DNA of 64,000 nt from an uncultured archaeon (GTDB lineage Archaea > Asgardarchaeota > Lokiarchaeia > Sigyniarchaeales > SOKP01), in NCBI GenBank assembly GCA_964486045.1, contig CAZALK010000004.1, positions 160,001 through 224,000 on the forward strand, read 5' to 3'. The notes under the pieces were generated by a model that was not told the DNA's origin, ran no database searches, and was given only the letters and a program-made list of their open reading frames with translations. Shown here one piece after another: positions 1 to 10,194 of this stretch (the first letter of the stretch is position 1; each line of letters begins with the position of its first letter). The translations under genes and the position numbers were made by a program.

Positions 1-1
1 A

Positions 2-436
2 ACAAAGGGATTCATCTTCAGGGCTTTACCGATAATTATTGGTCTAGGGATTTTATTGGAGCTGCTTTTAATTTTTAACATATTAGAACCAATAAATGGT
101 ATATTATCTCCAATTACGGTGTTTTGGTTAGGGTTACCCGCAGTAACCGGCTTGTTTTTAATTTATGGGATCTTGAGAAAGGAGTTGACATTAGTTCTCT
201 TATCCTTATTCGCAGCAAACGTTGGATTAACTATATTAGAACTACTCACACCAATTCAAATGATCGTATTTAGTTTGGTGACAATGTTATATGTTCCTTG
301 TTTTGCGACAATCGTCATTATCGCGAAAAATTCAAGCTGGAAATATGCTTTACAAATCACATTTTTAGAAATTTCAATGGCTTTATTAATAGGTGGGATT
401 GTCCATTTTGGTTTTATATTATTCTCAAGTGTCTAG
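2..436 (+). CDS. feoB: Ferrous iron transporter FeoB, C-terminal part (starts before window)
   Basis: Frame open from window start; GILRKE and LYVPCFATI motifs in a multi-TM C-terminus typical of FeoB. Confidence 0.85.
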   Translation, partial: TKGFIFRALPIIIGLGILLELLLIFNILEPINGILSPITVFWLGLPAVTGLFLIYGILRKELTLVLLSLFAANVGLTILELLTPIQMIVFSLVTMLYVPCFATIVIIAKNSSWKYALQITFLEISMALLIGGIVHFGFILFSSV

Positions 437-517
437 ATCCTGGAAGAAAAAATTAATTGAAACCAATGTTGGCAGTCTTAGAAATAAATTTTAGAAACAT
501 AAGAAATAAGTAACTAT

Positions 518-1264
518 ATGAAAATTTGTTTTTTAGGAACAAATGGTTGGTATTCAACGGCTTTAGGGAATACTGTTTGTATTCTTATTGAAACGAAAAC
601 TCACTATATAATTTTAGATGCGGGAGATGGATTTCATAAAATTGATCAATATATTGACAATAAAAAGCCAATTATTCTAATTCTTAGCCATCTCCATCTG
701 GATCATATAATAGGGCTTCATTCATTGGCAAAGTTTCGTTTTAATCAGAAAATAGACCTATATGGATATAAAGGAACAAAGAAGGGAATAGGAAATATCA
801 TCAAACATCCTTATTCCTCGCCTATAGCTGGTTTACCCTTAAATTTTCAGATTAATGAATTGAAAGAAGGAAATCATAATATTGGATTCCCAATAACATG
901 CAAGCTTTTGGTCCATGCTGATCCCTGTTTAGGTTATAGAATGCAGATCGAAAATAAAATAATTACTTATTGTACAGATACAGGATTGTGTGATAACATG
1001 TATGAACTTGCAAAAGGTGCGGATTTACTGATAACAGAATGTTCTTATAAACCAGGTCAAGAAGAATGGGGATGGCCACATCTTAAACCAGTAGATGCTG
1101 CTGATGTTGCTGTGAAATCAAGCGCAAAAAAGTTAATCCTCACTCATTTTGATGCCAGCACTTATTTAACAATACAAGAACGGAAAGAAGCCGAGGAAAT
1201 TGCTAGAAAGATATTTAAAAATACATTTGCGGCATCAGATGGCTTAGAAATAATGATTCAATAA
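518..1264 (+). CDS. Metallo-beta-lactamase-fold hydrolase (RNase Z/ElaC-like)
   Basis: FLGTNG start, SHLHLDH motif, TDTG, LTHF. Confidence 0.85.
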   Translation: MKICFLGTNGWYSTALGNTVCILIETKTHYIILDAGDGFHKIDQYIDNKKPIILILSHLHLDHIIGLHSLAKFRFNQKIDLYGYKGTKKGIGNIIKHPYSSPIAGLPLNFQINELKEGNHNIGFPITCKLLVHADPCLGYRMQIENKIITYCTDTGLCDNMYELAKGADLLITECSYKPGQEEWGWPHLKPVDAADVAVKSSAKKLILTHFDASTYLTIQERKEAEEIARKIFKNTFAASDGLEIMIQ

Positions 1265-1418
1265 ATTTTTTTAAATCTTCAAGTGTTAAAAAAAAAGAAA
1301 AAAGATGTAATGATAAAATAGTGTTAAACTTTCAAAAGGCCATCATAGGCTTTTCTTTTTTTATTAGTTACACTATTAAATTTTCATTTTTTTATAATTT
1401 ATACAAATTAGTGGAAGT

Positions 1419-1778
1419 TTATTCTTTATTTTGAATTATAACGTGTAAATTTTTTTCGATTTCATCAATTTCTTTTGAACCTGGCTCTAAAATATACACT
1501 GTCTCTTTATTTTTTTCTTGAAGTATAATCATACCCGATCCCTTCACTCTGTCATTAATATAAATGTCCCTATTTTTTATGGCTTCTCTTAAGGTCGAGG
1601 TTATTTTATCATATTGTTGTTCGGAGATTTCTTTCTTGATATAATCTCCCCCGTCATAAATTCCGCTTGAACTTTGTAAAGGTTTTACGGGGTTATATTC
1701 TATCGTGATTTTAGCTTCATTATTGATAATGTATTCATTCCCACTTCCATCAAGATACCTACAAATATTTAAGTCCAT
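1419..1778 (-). CDS. Hypothetical protein
   Basis: 119-aa ORF with normal composition, GGTGTGA RBS-like sequence upstream; no motif recognised. Confidence 0.65.
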   Translation of the reverse strand: MDLNICRYLDGSGNEYIINNEAKITIEYNPVKPLQSSSGIYDGGDYIKKEISEQQYDKITSTLREAIKNRDIYINDRVKGSGMIILQEKNKETVYILEPGSKEIDEIEKNLHVIIQNKE

Positions 1779-1850
1779 TTATCGTTCACACCATGCTTGA
1801 AAAAATTAAAAAAAGGGTTACTAATGATTAGAATAAAGAAGTTTTTAAGG

Positions 1851-2732
1851 TTAAGCTTTTGCGGCGTTTACACTAATCGCGTCACTTATTTGAGTCCATG
1901 TTTCAGGAGGTAAACTATGCCCCATTCCATCTATAACTATTAATTCGGATCCAGGTATTGCTTCATGTGTATCCTTACCACCTTCAAGAGGTACAAGGGG
2001 GTCATCACCGCCATGAATTACAAGTGTTGGGACTGTTACTGATGATAATTTTGGTTTTCTATTTCCATTTGCCATGATTGCGAGTAGTTGTCGACCAAAT
2101 CCCGGTGGATAGTAACACCTATCATAAGCTTTACCCGTAAGTTCACGTGCTCTTTCTTCATTATATGGGAACCCAGAACCATAGAGTAACTTTCCCGTTT
2201 TTACAGCATTTTCAATATAAGCCTCACGTTCTGGAGGAACTGGCGTTGTAAGTAATTGTAATATTTCTGGCTTTGCTGGTGGAAGATCAGGATTCCCAGT
2301 TGAACTCATAATTGAACATAGGCTTATAACACGGGTTGGGTGCCGGAACGCTATAACTTGTACAATCATACCACCCATTGATGCCCCACAAATATGAGCC
2401 TTTTCAATATTTAATGCATCTAAAAGTCCAACAGCATCATCTGCCATATCTTCCAGCGAATACGGCGCTTCTATTGTTCCTCCAGCTTGAGCGGCCATAA
2501 AGGCTTGTATTAAATTTGGTTCACCTGCTTCCTCACACTTTGTTGATAAACCAACATCCCTATTATCAAATCTTATTACATAAAAACCACGATCTACTAA
2601 ATGTTGGATAAATCTTTCATCCCAGCCAATCATCTGAGTACCTAAACCCATTACTAAGAGTAATGGTTTATCTGAAGTGTTTCCAAAAATTTCATATTCA
2701 ATTTCAATATCATTTGCTTTTGTTTTTGGCAT
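1851..2732 (-). CDS. Alpha/beta hydrolase (esterase-like), paralog 1
   Basis: FDNRDVGLS, GASMGG nucleophile elbow, HGGDDP, GMGH; start moved to MPKTK (2732) by homology with paralogs. Confidence 0.9.
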   Translation of the reverse strand: MPKTKANDIEIEYEIFGNTSDKPLLLVMGLGTQMIGWDERFIQHLVDRGFYVIRFDNRDVGLSTKCEEAGEPNLIQAFMAAQAGGTIEAPYSLEDMADDAVGLLDALNIEKAHICGASMGGMIVQVIAFRHPTRVISLCSIMSSTGNPDLPPAKPEILQLLTTPVPPEREAYIENAVKTGKLLYGSGFPYNEERARELTGKAYDRCYYPPGFGRQLLAIMANGNRKPKLSSVTVPTLVIHGGDDPLVPLEGGKDTHEAIPGSELIVIDGMGHSLPPETWTQISDAISVNAAKA

Positions 2733-2852
2733 ATTTATCAATTTAAAATACAATTTTAATGTACTTTCTAAATATTCAAAAATTTTTAAATTTTCACAAA
2801 TAAGAGTAAATCGCAATCCGATGTTTTCGTACAAATCACTTAATAATAAATA

Positions 2853-3743
2853 TTATTTTTGGATTTCAGCTTTCGTTGCAATCTTAGCTATTGCATCAGA
2901 TATTTGAACCCATGCCTCAATAGGTATACTATGCCCCATTCCCTCTACAATAATTAATTCTGATCCAGAAATAGCATCGTGAGTGTCTTGACCACCTTCA
3001 ACAGGTATAACAGGGTCATCAGCACCATGGATTACAAGTGTAGGAATTCTAATGGAAGACAATTTTGATTTCCTATTTCCATTTACCATTATTGCTAGTG
3101 ATTGTCGTCCAATCCCGGGAGGATAAAAAGATCTATCAAAAAATCTTCCCGCAATTTCACGATTTTTAGCTTCATCATAGGGGAATGAACCATAAAGTAA
3201 GCGTCTGAGTTTTACATAATATTTAATATATCCCTCCCGCTCTGAAGGTGCAGGAGTCATCATGACTTTGCCTACTTCCGGATCCCCTCGTGGAATATCT
3301 GGGTTCCCTGTTGTACTCATAATTGATGTAAGGCTTAATACGTGGGTAGGGTGCTTTAAACCTAATAATTGTACAATCATCCCACCCATTGAAACTCCAC
3401 AAATATGTGCCTTTTCAATATTTAGAGCATCTAGAAGTCCAACAGCATCATTAGCCATATCTTCTAGCGTGTACGGAGGTTCAAATGGTTCTCCTGCTTG
3501 AATAGCTAGGTATGCCTGCATCATATCTGGTTCACCTGCTTCTTCACACTTTGTTGATAAACCAACATCCCTATTATCAAATCGAACTACAAAAAAACCA
3601 CGGTCTACTAAACATTGGATAAACCCTTCATCCCAATTAATCATTTGACTTCCTAAACCATTTATTAAAAGTAATGGATTATCTGAAGCGTTTCCAAAGG
3701 TTTCATATTCAATTTCAATATTATTTGTTTGTGCTTTCGGCAT
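2853..3743 (-). CDS. Alpha/beta hydrolase, paralog 2
   Basis: FDNRDVGLS, GVSMGG, HGADDP, GMGH. Confidence 0.9.
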   Translation of the reverse strand: MPKAQTNNIEIEYETFGNASDNPLLLINGLGSQMINWDEGFIQCLVDRGFFVVRFDNRDVGLSTKCEEAGEPDMMQAYLAIQAGEPFEPPYTLEDMANDAVGLLDALNIEKAHICGVSMGGMIVQLLGLKHPTHVLSLTSIMSTTGNPDIPRGDPEVGKVMMTPAPSEREGYIKYYVKLRRLLYGSFPYDEAKNREIAGRFFDRSFYPPGIGRQSLAIMVNGNRKSKLSSIRIPTLVIHGADDPVIPVEGGQDTHDAISGSELIIVEGMGHSIPIEAWVQISDAIAKIATKAEIQK

Positions 3744-3773
3744 TATTATTCCTCATATATTTTGATATTAAAT

Positions 3774-4655
3774 TTAGGCTTTCACTGCGTTCTTAGCAAT
3801 TGCATCAGATATACGATCCCAAGTTTCAGGAGGTAAACTGTGACCCATTCCCTCGATAATTAATAACTCAGATCCTTGTATTGTTTCAGCTATTTCTTTT
3901 CCACATTCAACGGGGTAAAGCAAATCTTCTCTCCCATGTATTACCAAAGTGGGTACTTTTATTACAGAAATCTTTTCCTTCAAATTTCCCTGTACCATAA
4001 TCGCCATCATCTGTCGCTGAATCCCTTGGGGGTAAAAACTTCTGTCAAAAGATTTCGCTACAATAGTACGTCTTCTTTCCTCATCAAAAGGAAATCCTGA
4101 TCCATATACAAATTTACCGACCTTTATTTGATTTTCAATTTGAGCATCACGCTCAGGAGGTACCGGACTCATAAAAACTACTGCTGTTTCTTGAGTCATT
4201 TGAGGGAGGTCGGGATTATTAGTGGTACTCATAATACAAGTGAGGCTTAATACTCTGGAGGGATGTCTATAAGCTATAGATTGAGCAATCATTCCCCCCA
4301 CGGAAACTCCGCAAATATGAGCTTGTTTAAATCCTAATACATCCAGGAGTCCTACAGAATCATCTGCCATGTCATCAATTGAGTATGGTGCTTTAATTGG
4401 TTCCCCTTGCTGAAAAGCCATCATAGCTCCCATTAAATCTGGCTCACCAGCTTCATCACATTTAGTTGATAATCCAACATCCCTGTTATCAAATATAATT
4501 ACACAAAATCTTCGATCTGTAAAACTTTTTATAAAACCTTCATCCCAAGAACTCAATTGGTCACCTAATCCCATAATTAGTAGTAACGGCTTATCTGAAG
4601 GATCCCCGAAGGTTTCATATTCAATTTCAATATTATTAGCTTTTGCTTTCGGCAT
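3774..4655 (-). CDS. Alpha/beta hydrolase, paralog 3
   Basis: FDNRDVGLS, GVSVGG, GMGH; start at MPKAK (4655) by homology. Confidence 0.9.
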   Translation of the reverse strand: MPKAKANNIEIEYETFGDPSDKPLLLIMGLGDQLSSWDEGFIKSFTDRRFCVIIFDNRDVGLSTKCDEAGEPDLMGAMMAFQQGEPIKAPYSIDDMADDSVGLLDVLGFKQAHICGVSVGGMIAQSIAYRHPSRVLSLTCIMSTTNNPDLPQMTQETAVVFMSPVPPERDAQIENQIKVGKFVYGSGFPFDEERRRTIVAKSFDRSFYPQGIQRQMMAIMVQGNLKEKISVIKVPTLVIHGREDLLYPVECGKEIAETIQGSELLIIEGMGHSLPPETWDRISDAIAKNAVKA

Positions 4656-4748
4656 TTTTTTTGCCTTAAAAAACATTATGATTTAAGTTTTAAATCATTA
4701 ACAACTTTTATTTTTAATTAATAAATAGGTATAAAGAGTAGAAATGTT

Positions 4749-5588
4749 GTGAGTATAGAAGACAAAATTTGTATCATCACCGGAGCTAATTCTGGGATAG
4801 GTAAAGCTACTACTCTTGGTTTAGCTAAAATGAATGCTGTGGTCGTAATGCTATGTCGTAGTAAAGAGGCTGGGGAAGAAGCCCAAAAAGAAATTATCGG
4901 TGAATCTGGGAATAATAGAGTAGATTTGTTTTTATGTGACTTGTCATCTCAAGAGCAAATTCGTAGGGTTGTAGATGAGTTTAACCAGAAATACAAAACC
5001 TTACATGTTTTAATAAACAATGCGGGAGTTATGGCTGCTAAGCGAAAATTATCTGTTGATGGGTTTGAAATGAATTTTGCTGTGAATCACCTTGCACCTT
5101 TTTTATTAACGAATTTATTACTCGACGTATTAAAAAAGAGCGTTCCGAGTAGAATTATAAACGTTAGTTCAGGTGCGCATAAAATGGCAAAAATAGATTT
5201 TGACGATCTTCAGAGTGAAAATAAGAAACATCGCTTATTTAAAGTGTATGGTATTTCTAAACTGGCACTTATGCTAACTTCTTATGAATTAAGCAGGAGA
5301 TTGGACGGAACTGGAGTTACTGTTAATATAGTTCACCCAGGGGTTGTGAAAACTAATTTAGGCAGAGATATGTCAAAAATCGGAAGAGGATTTGGCAAAC
5401 TCTTTTTTAAAAATCCTGAAAAAGGAGCTGAAACTTCTATTTATTTAGCAACTTCACCAGAAGTGGAGGGAATAACCGGAAAATATTATGTAAAAAAACA
5501 ACAACGAAATTCTTCTGAAGAATCTTATAATGAAGAATATGCTAAAAGGTTATGGGACATCAGTACAGAATTAACAAAGTTAAAATAA
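4749..5588 (+). CDS. Short-chain dehydrogenase/reductase (retinol dehydrogenase-like)
   Basis: TGANSGIG, NNAG, YxxSK (YGISK), VHPG. Confidence 0.92.
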   Translation: MSIEDKICIITGANSGIGKATTLGLAKMNAVVVMLCRSKEAGEEAQKEIIGESGNNRVDLFLCDLSSQEQIRRVVDEFNQKYKTLHVLINNAGVMAAKRKLSVDGFEMNFAVNHLAPFLLTNLLLDVLKKSVPSRIINVSSGAHKMAKIDFDDLQSENKKHRLFKVYGISKLALMLTSYELSRRLDGTGVTVNIVHPGVVKTNLGRDMSKIGRGFGKLFFKNPEKGAETSIYLATSPEVEGITGKYYVKKQQRNSSEESYNEEYAKRLWDISTELTKLK

Positions 5589-5686
5589 CATATAGAAAAC
5601 TTGAGAAATTAACTTGCAAATGAAATTTTATATGTTTTCTTTTATTTTCTATTCCATATTTTCTAAAAAATGTCAAGGAAATTATC

Positions 5687-7042
5687 ATGCAATCCGAAGA
5701 TTATCCTAGTGAAGAAGAACATGAAGAACAACTGAAGCAATATCAAATAAACCCTAACCGTGCTATGTTTACCCTTATTCTCAGTATTCTTGTTGATGTA
5801 TTTGGCTTTAGCATGGTTCTCCCATTATTACCCAGTCTAGCGATATCGTTTGGTGCAGATAACCTTATGTATGGTATTATTCTTTCCTCTAATGCTATTG
5901 CTGCATTAATTTTTGGCCCCTTATGGGGTAAGTTAAGTGATAGATACGGTCATAAACCGATCTTGATGATTTCTCAAGCTGGTACAGGGCTTGCATTTCT
6001 ATTATTAGCCTTTTCTAATTCTCTTTATATAATTTTTGCGGGTCGTATTTTAGATGGAATTTTCAGTGGGCAATTTCCAATTATACGAGCATATATCTCT
6101 GATGTGTCAACCCCACAAACACGAGCTTCACAAATGAGTAAGATCATGGTGGGATATACCTCTGGAATGATTATAGGACCTCTATTAGGTGGATTTTTAG
6201 GTACTTTTGGATGGTCGTATCCAATGATATTCGCAAGTTTCCTCTCAATTATTTCGATTATTTTAACTTCAACAGTTTTAATCGAAAGCATGCCACGGGA
6301 AAGAATAAAAGATTTGAAAGCCGAACGGCAATTAAAAATAGATTCTCCTGACGGTAAACAAAGTATTTGGAGTGGAGAAGTTGGCATTCGTTTAGTTCAG
6401 GTTTTCTTACAATCTTTAATTTCCATCATCTTTAGCTCCAGTTTATCCTTAATCCTTTTTAGGAGATTTAATGCGAGCCCATCGATAATTGGAACAATAA
6501 TGTCAATAACTGGTGTTATCCTATTGACTTATGGGTTATTTTTAATGAGACGAGTTCTTCAGAAAATAGGGGAAAAACGAATTTTATTTTCCTGCATTAT
6601 TGGTTATGTTGTATTATTCATTATTTATCCTTATTTAAATGAACTTTGGATGGTTTATGTATTTATGGTGCCATATGCATTTTGTATGGCCTCTGTTTAC
6701 CCACTTATTTCTAGTAATATAACTAAAGCAGTAGGCCCGGATAAACAAGGAACTATTAGTGGATGGACTACAAATGTTCAATCGATCTCTCAAACTGTTA
6801 GTCCGCTAATATCAACCGGTTTTTTACAGATTGGTGGATTGACATTTGGCTTAATATTTATAAACGCCTATCAATTAATTGGTTTTACAATCGTGATTTT
6901 AGCTGTGATACTATTAACAATTGCCTTTATTGATGTAAAGAAACATCCTAGACTTTATGCGTATGAGAAAATAAGACGAAAAAGAAAAGAAGTAACGAAA
7001 AGAAATTTAGAAAAGAAGAGAGAGGAGCAAACCAAAATCTAA
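5687..7042 (+). CDS. MFS transporter (TetA/DHA1-like)
   Basis: About 12 hydrophobic segments, motif A GKLSDRYGHK, GRILDG. Confidence 0.9.
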   Translation: MQSEDYPSEEEHEEQLKQYQINPNRAMFTLILSILVDVFGFSMVLPLLPSLAISFGADNLMYGIILSSNAIAALIFGPLWGKLSDRYGHKPILMISQAGTGLAFLLLAFSNSLYIIFAGRILDGIFSGQFPIIRAYISDVSTPQTRASQMSKIMVGYTSGMIIGPLLGGFLGTFGWSYPMIFASFLSIISIILTSTVLIESMPRERIKDLKAERQLKIDSPDGKQSIWSGEVGIRLVQVFLQSLISIIFSSSLSLILFRRFNASPSIIGTIMSITGVILLTYGLFLMRRVLQKIGEKRILFSCIIGYVVLFIIYPYLNELWMVYVFMVPYAFCMASVYPLISSNITKAVGPDKQGTISGWTTNVQSISQTVSPLISTGFLQIGGLTFGLIFINAYQLIGFTIVILAVILLTIAFIDVKKHPRLYAYEKIRRKRKEVTKRNLEKKREEQTKI

Positions 7043-7111
7043 AGATAAAGTAAATCTTTATCTAGTTCAATGTTGAAACTCATATTTATTCTGTGTAATT
7101 CTAAGATTCGA

Positions 7112-7972
7112 TTAAATTATTTTCTCATAATCAACATATGGCCGAAATTTACCTTGATTTTCTGCTTCCTTTAAAGCTCTTACATATTTTTTTAGGTTTC
7201 CCCTTACCGATTTTCTCATCATTTCCCAATCTGTATCAATAGCTCCTTCAGGGCATGATTTTTCACAATAGCAGCAATAAATGCATCCTTCATTTTGGAT
7301 TTCTGGAGGATCGCTTTCTACATTTATCGCATCAACGGGGCAATTTTCTTGACAAGTTAAACACTTAGTACATTTATCAACATTAATACTGAGCCTTGGA
7401 TGGATCTTTCTTAAAAGGGCGAGTGTTAAAAATTTTGAATCTCTTGCCCACCAAGTATCTTCGATCTCTTCAAATTTGGGGATCAAACTCGATTCTCCGT
7501 TTTGGATCCTCAAACTAATATCACATATAGTTTCACCAAATTTAATCGCCTCCTCAACCTCGATTTCATCTGGATGATTAGAAGTATGCATAATTTTTGG
7601 ATAATACTGAAGGGAGGATTCGGAGTATGAATCAAATGAACCTATAACCGTATATCCTTTTTTCGATAATTCTTCACTCATGTAATAAAGAGTATTTCCA
7701 ATAATACTCCCATGAGTACAAAAAAGGAAAGAGTGATTCCCTTTTGCCATTTCCATAGCTTGAATGAATTTAAGAACGTTAACCGGTTCTCTAAAATAAA
7801 AAGTTGGTGCTCCAATCCCAATTAAATCGTAATTATTTAAGTTTTTCGAATTTGCTCGTTTTATCCCTATAATATCGCAATCATCACCACTTCTTTCAAC
7901 CCCTTCCTTTATTTTCTCAGCAATTTTTTCAGTCCCACCTGTTTGAGAAAAATAAATAATCAACACTCTCAT
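7112..7972 (-). CDS. Flavodoxin-ferredoxin fusion (EFR1-like)
   Basis: YFSQTGGT flavodoxin loop plus two CxxCxxCxxxCP 4Fe-4S motifs. Confidence 0.88.
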   Translation of the reverse strand: MRVLIIYFSQTGGTEKIAEKIKEGVERSGDDCDIIGIKRANSKNLNNYDLIGIGAPTFYFREPVNVLKFIQAMEMAKGNHSFLFCTHGSIIGNTLYYMSEELSKKGYTVIGSFDSYSESSLQYYPKIMHTSNHPDEIEVEEAIKFGETICDISLRIQNGESSLIPKFEEIEDTWWARDSKFLTLALLRKIHPRLSINVDKCTKCLTCQENCPVDAINVESDPPEIQNEGCIYCCYCEKSCPEGAIDTDWEMMRKSVRGNLKKYVRALKEAENQGKFRPYVDYEKII

Positions 7973-8083
7973 TATTCAATCATCCTTCTTAGATTCAAAT
8001 TTGTATTATTTTCTAATTAGTAATACCTTATAACATAAAAATTCTTATGGTTGATAGCATTTTATTAAATTGACTCATTACTT

Positions 8084-8677
8084 ATGATTGAATGGATTAA
8101 TTTTTTTTCTTTATTTCTCAGCACCCTTATTTTTAGCTATTTTTATACATTAAGCATCCAACCTGTTAAGAGGGAGGAAAAAAGAGGGGAACGTGCCTGG
8201 AAGGAATGTATGATGTTGCGTTCCTTATCAATAGGGCTTGAATTTATAAAAACAATCAACCTTGTGCTTTGGCCCTCATTTCCCATCCCAATTTTAAACT
8301 GGAAAATATTTTCTAATAATTTACTCGGAATTGCTATAGGAAGTATAATTAGTATTCCGTTTGCTTTTATTCTTCTCAAGGGTGTGAAAGATACAGGTTC
8401 TGAGACTATTCAACCTTCTAAGGAGTCTCTCATGAATCGTGGCATCTATAAATATATTCGTCATCCTCAATCAGCTGGAGAATTTCCATTATTTGTAGCT
8501 TTGGCTTTTGCGTTAAATTCTTGGTTTCTTGTGATAGTTATGGCTGCCCACATGATAATATATTTACCGATAATGATTTTTTTTGAAGAAAAAGATTTAA
8601 TTAGACGGTTTGGAGATAATTATCAAGATTACCAGAAAAGAACAGGCGCTATATTTCCCAAAATCAGAAAAAATTGA
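8084..8677 (+). CDS. ICMT/PEMT-family integral membrane methyltransferase
   Basis: GIYKYIRHPQ and EEKDLIRRFGDNYQDY motifs, TM helices. Confidence 0.85.
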   Translation: MIEWINFFSLFLSTLIFSYFYTLSIQPVKREEKRGERAWKECMMLRSLSIGLEFIKTINLVLWPSFPIPILNWKIFSNNLLGIAIGSIISIPFAFILLKGVKDTGSETIQPSKESLMNRGIYKYIRHPQSAGEFPLFVALAFALNSWFLVIVMAAHMIIYLPIMIFFEEKDLIRRFGDNYQDYQKRTGAIFPKIRKN

Positions 8678-8849
8678 ATATGTGAAGCTTAAATTGAGGT
8701 TTAATAAGCTAACCTTATTACAATTCTGTAGATTTTTATCTATTTGTTTACATATTTGAGAAAGATCATATTAAATGAAATTTATATGGATCCCTTTATT
8801 TTCAAATCCATACATTACACGGTTTTCAATAAATACAAAGGATAAAATA

Positions 8850-9041
8850 ATGGAGACTCAAGAATTTCAAGATGAAAAAGAACATAAAGAATCTTTAGCG
8901 AAGTATCAGATAAATCCCAAGCGTGCGATGTTTACAATCATCCTAAGCATATTTGTTGACTCACTTGGGTTTATTATGGTTCTCCCTTTATTGCCAGGAA
9001 TTTTTTTTACATTTTTCTACTTTTTCTTAGAAGATCAATAA
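8850..9041 (+). pseudogene. 5' fragment of an MFS transporter paralogous to 5687..7042
   Basis: YQINPKRAMFTIILSIFVDSLGFIMVLPLLP matches the N-terminus of 5687 then runs into a T-rich tract and stops. Confidence 0.8.
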
Positions 9042-9122
9042 AATTTTCGATAAACCTAATATATGAAGATTTCTTATTTAATTAGTTAATTTTCTCTTGA
9101 AATAATACACTAGTGAGGTTTC

Positions 9123-10055
9123 ATGACTCAGAACAAAACTCCCGCAAATAAAAAGATCAAATGCCCAATTTGTAATTTTGAATTCATACCAGAATCATTT
9201 CATTTTGAGAAAAGCCACTTCGACCTTGTTGAATCTAAGGGAGAACTTATGGAGTTTCATAAGGAAAAACACCAGATAGCCGTTAAACCATTTTCTTCAA
9301 TCAGAGGATCATGGGTAACATACTGCCCTGAATGTGGGTTTATGTTCAAATTTGCAGCAGAAGTAGGCAAAAAAGAAATCGTTGAGGAATCATCTCGTAT
9401 TAAAAAATTGAGTTCGTTTAAAGAATTTGGTAAGCATTATAAATACACATTCGTCCCTCAGAATAAGCCTTATATGGATTATTTGGATTATTTTATTGAA
9501 AAAGTTGATGTTATAAGGAACACTATTAAAAATGCCTTAGATGAGGTTAATTTATTCCAGTGGGGAGATCCCTATCGAGAATGGAAACATGACAAAAATG
9601 TTGATTCCTTTAAGTTTTTGGTAAGATTCTTTACCAATTTAGAGGAATATACTAAAACCCAAGTTGAAGAGTATAACAATAAAGATATGGAAGAAAAGAT
9701 TAAAGAATTAGATTTGCCAGAAGATCTTGAAATTTTAATGCATTCAATAAGAAAATTAAGAAACAAAATTGTTCATGAAGCTTATGAAATAACTGAAGAA
9801 GAGGATAACACAATTGAAAGAGCTTTTATAAAGTTTGTATCTCATTTAGTAGTGAAACAATTGAAACCATTAAATTTAGATAAAATAGAGATTGAACCTG
9901 GATATGAATTTATTGATATAAATAAGATTAATTATGAAATTCAAAATTTCTTACAGCTTTACCTCTATAGCACATTACGGATTAAAGAATTTCAAAAACT
10001 GTTTTTAAATCCGTTATTAGAAGACCTAGGAATTCTTATGCAAAATTTGTTATGA
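9123..10055 (+). CDS. Zinc-ribbon plus putative HEPN-like domain protein
   Basis: CPIC and CPEC pairs near the N-terminus; RNKIVH (Rx4H) in a helical C-terminal region. Confidence 0.55.
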   Translation: MTQNKTPANKKIKCPICNFEFIPESFHFEKSHFDLVESKGELMEFHKEKHQIAVKPFSSIRGSWVTYCPECGFMFKFAAEVGKKEIVEESSRIKKLSSFKEFGKHYKYTFVPQNKPYMDYLDYFIEKVDVIRNTIKNALDEVNLFQWGDPYREWKHDKNVDSFKFLVRFFTNLEEYTKTQVEEYNNKDMEEKIKELDLPEDLEILMHSIRKLRNKIVHEAYEITEEEDNTIERAFIKFVSHLVVKQLKPLNLDKIEIEPGYEFIDINKINYEIQNFLQLYLYSTLRIKEFQKLFLNPLLEDLGILMQNLL

Positions 10056-10194
10056 TTTTCTCTTATCCTTAATCAGTGTTATCAGCGATATTTCGCTTTA
10101 ATTACTGAATAAAGGTCTCTATTTTACATTAAAATCGGAAAATGATAAATAGTTAATCAACATCCTATCTTTACAAAAAGAAGATAGAGAAAAA

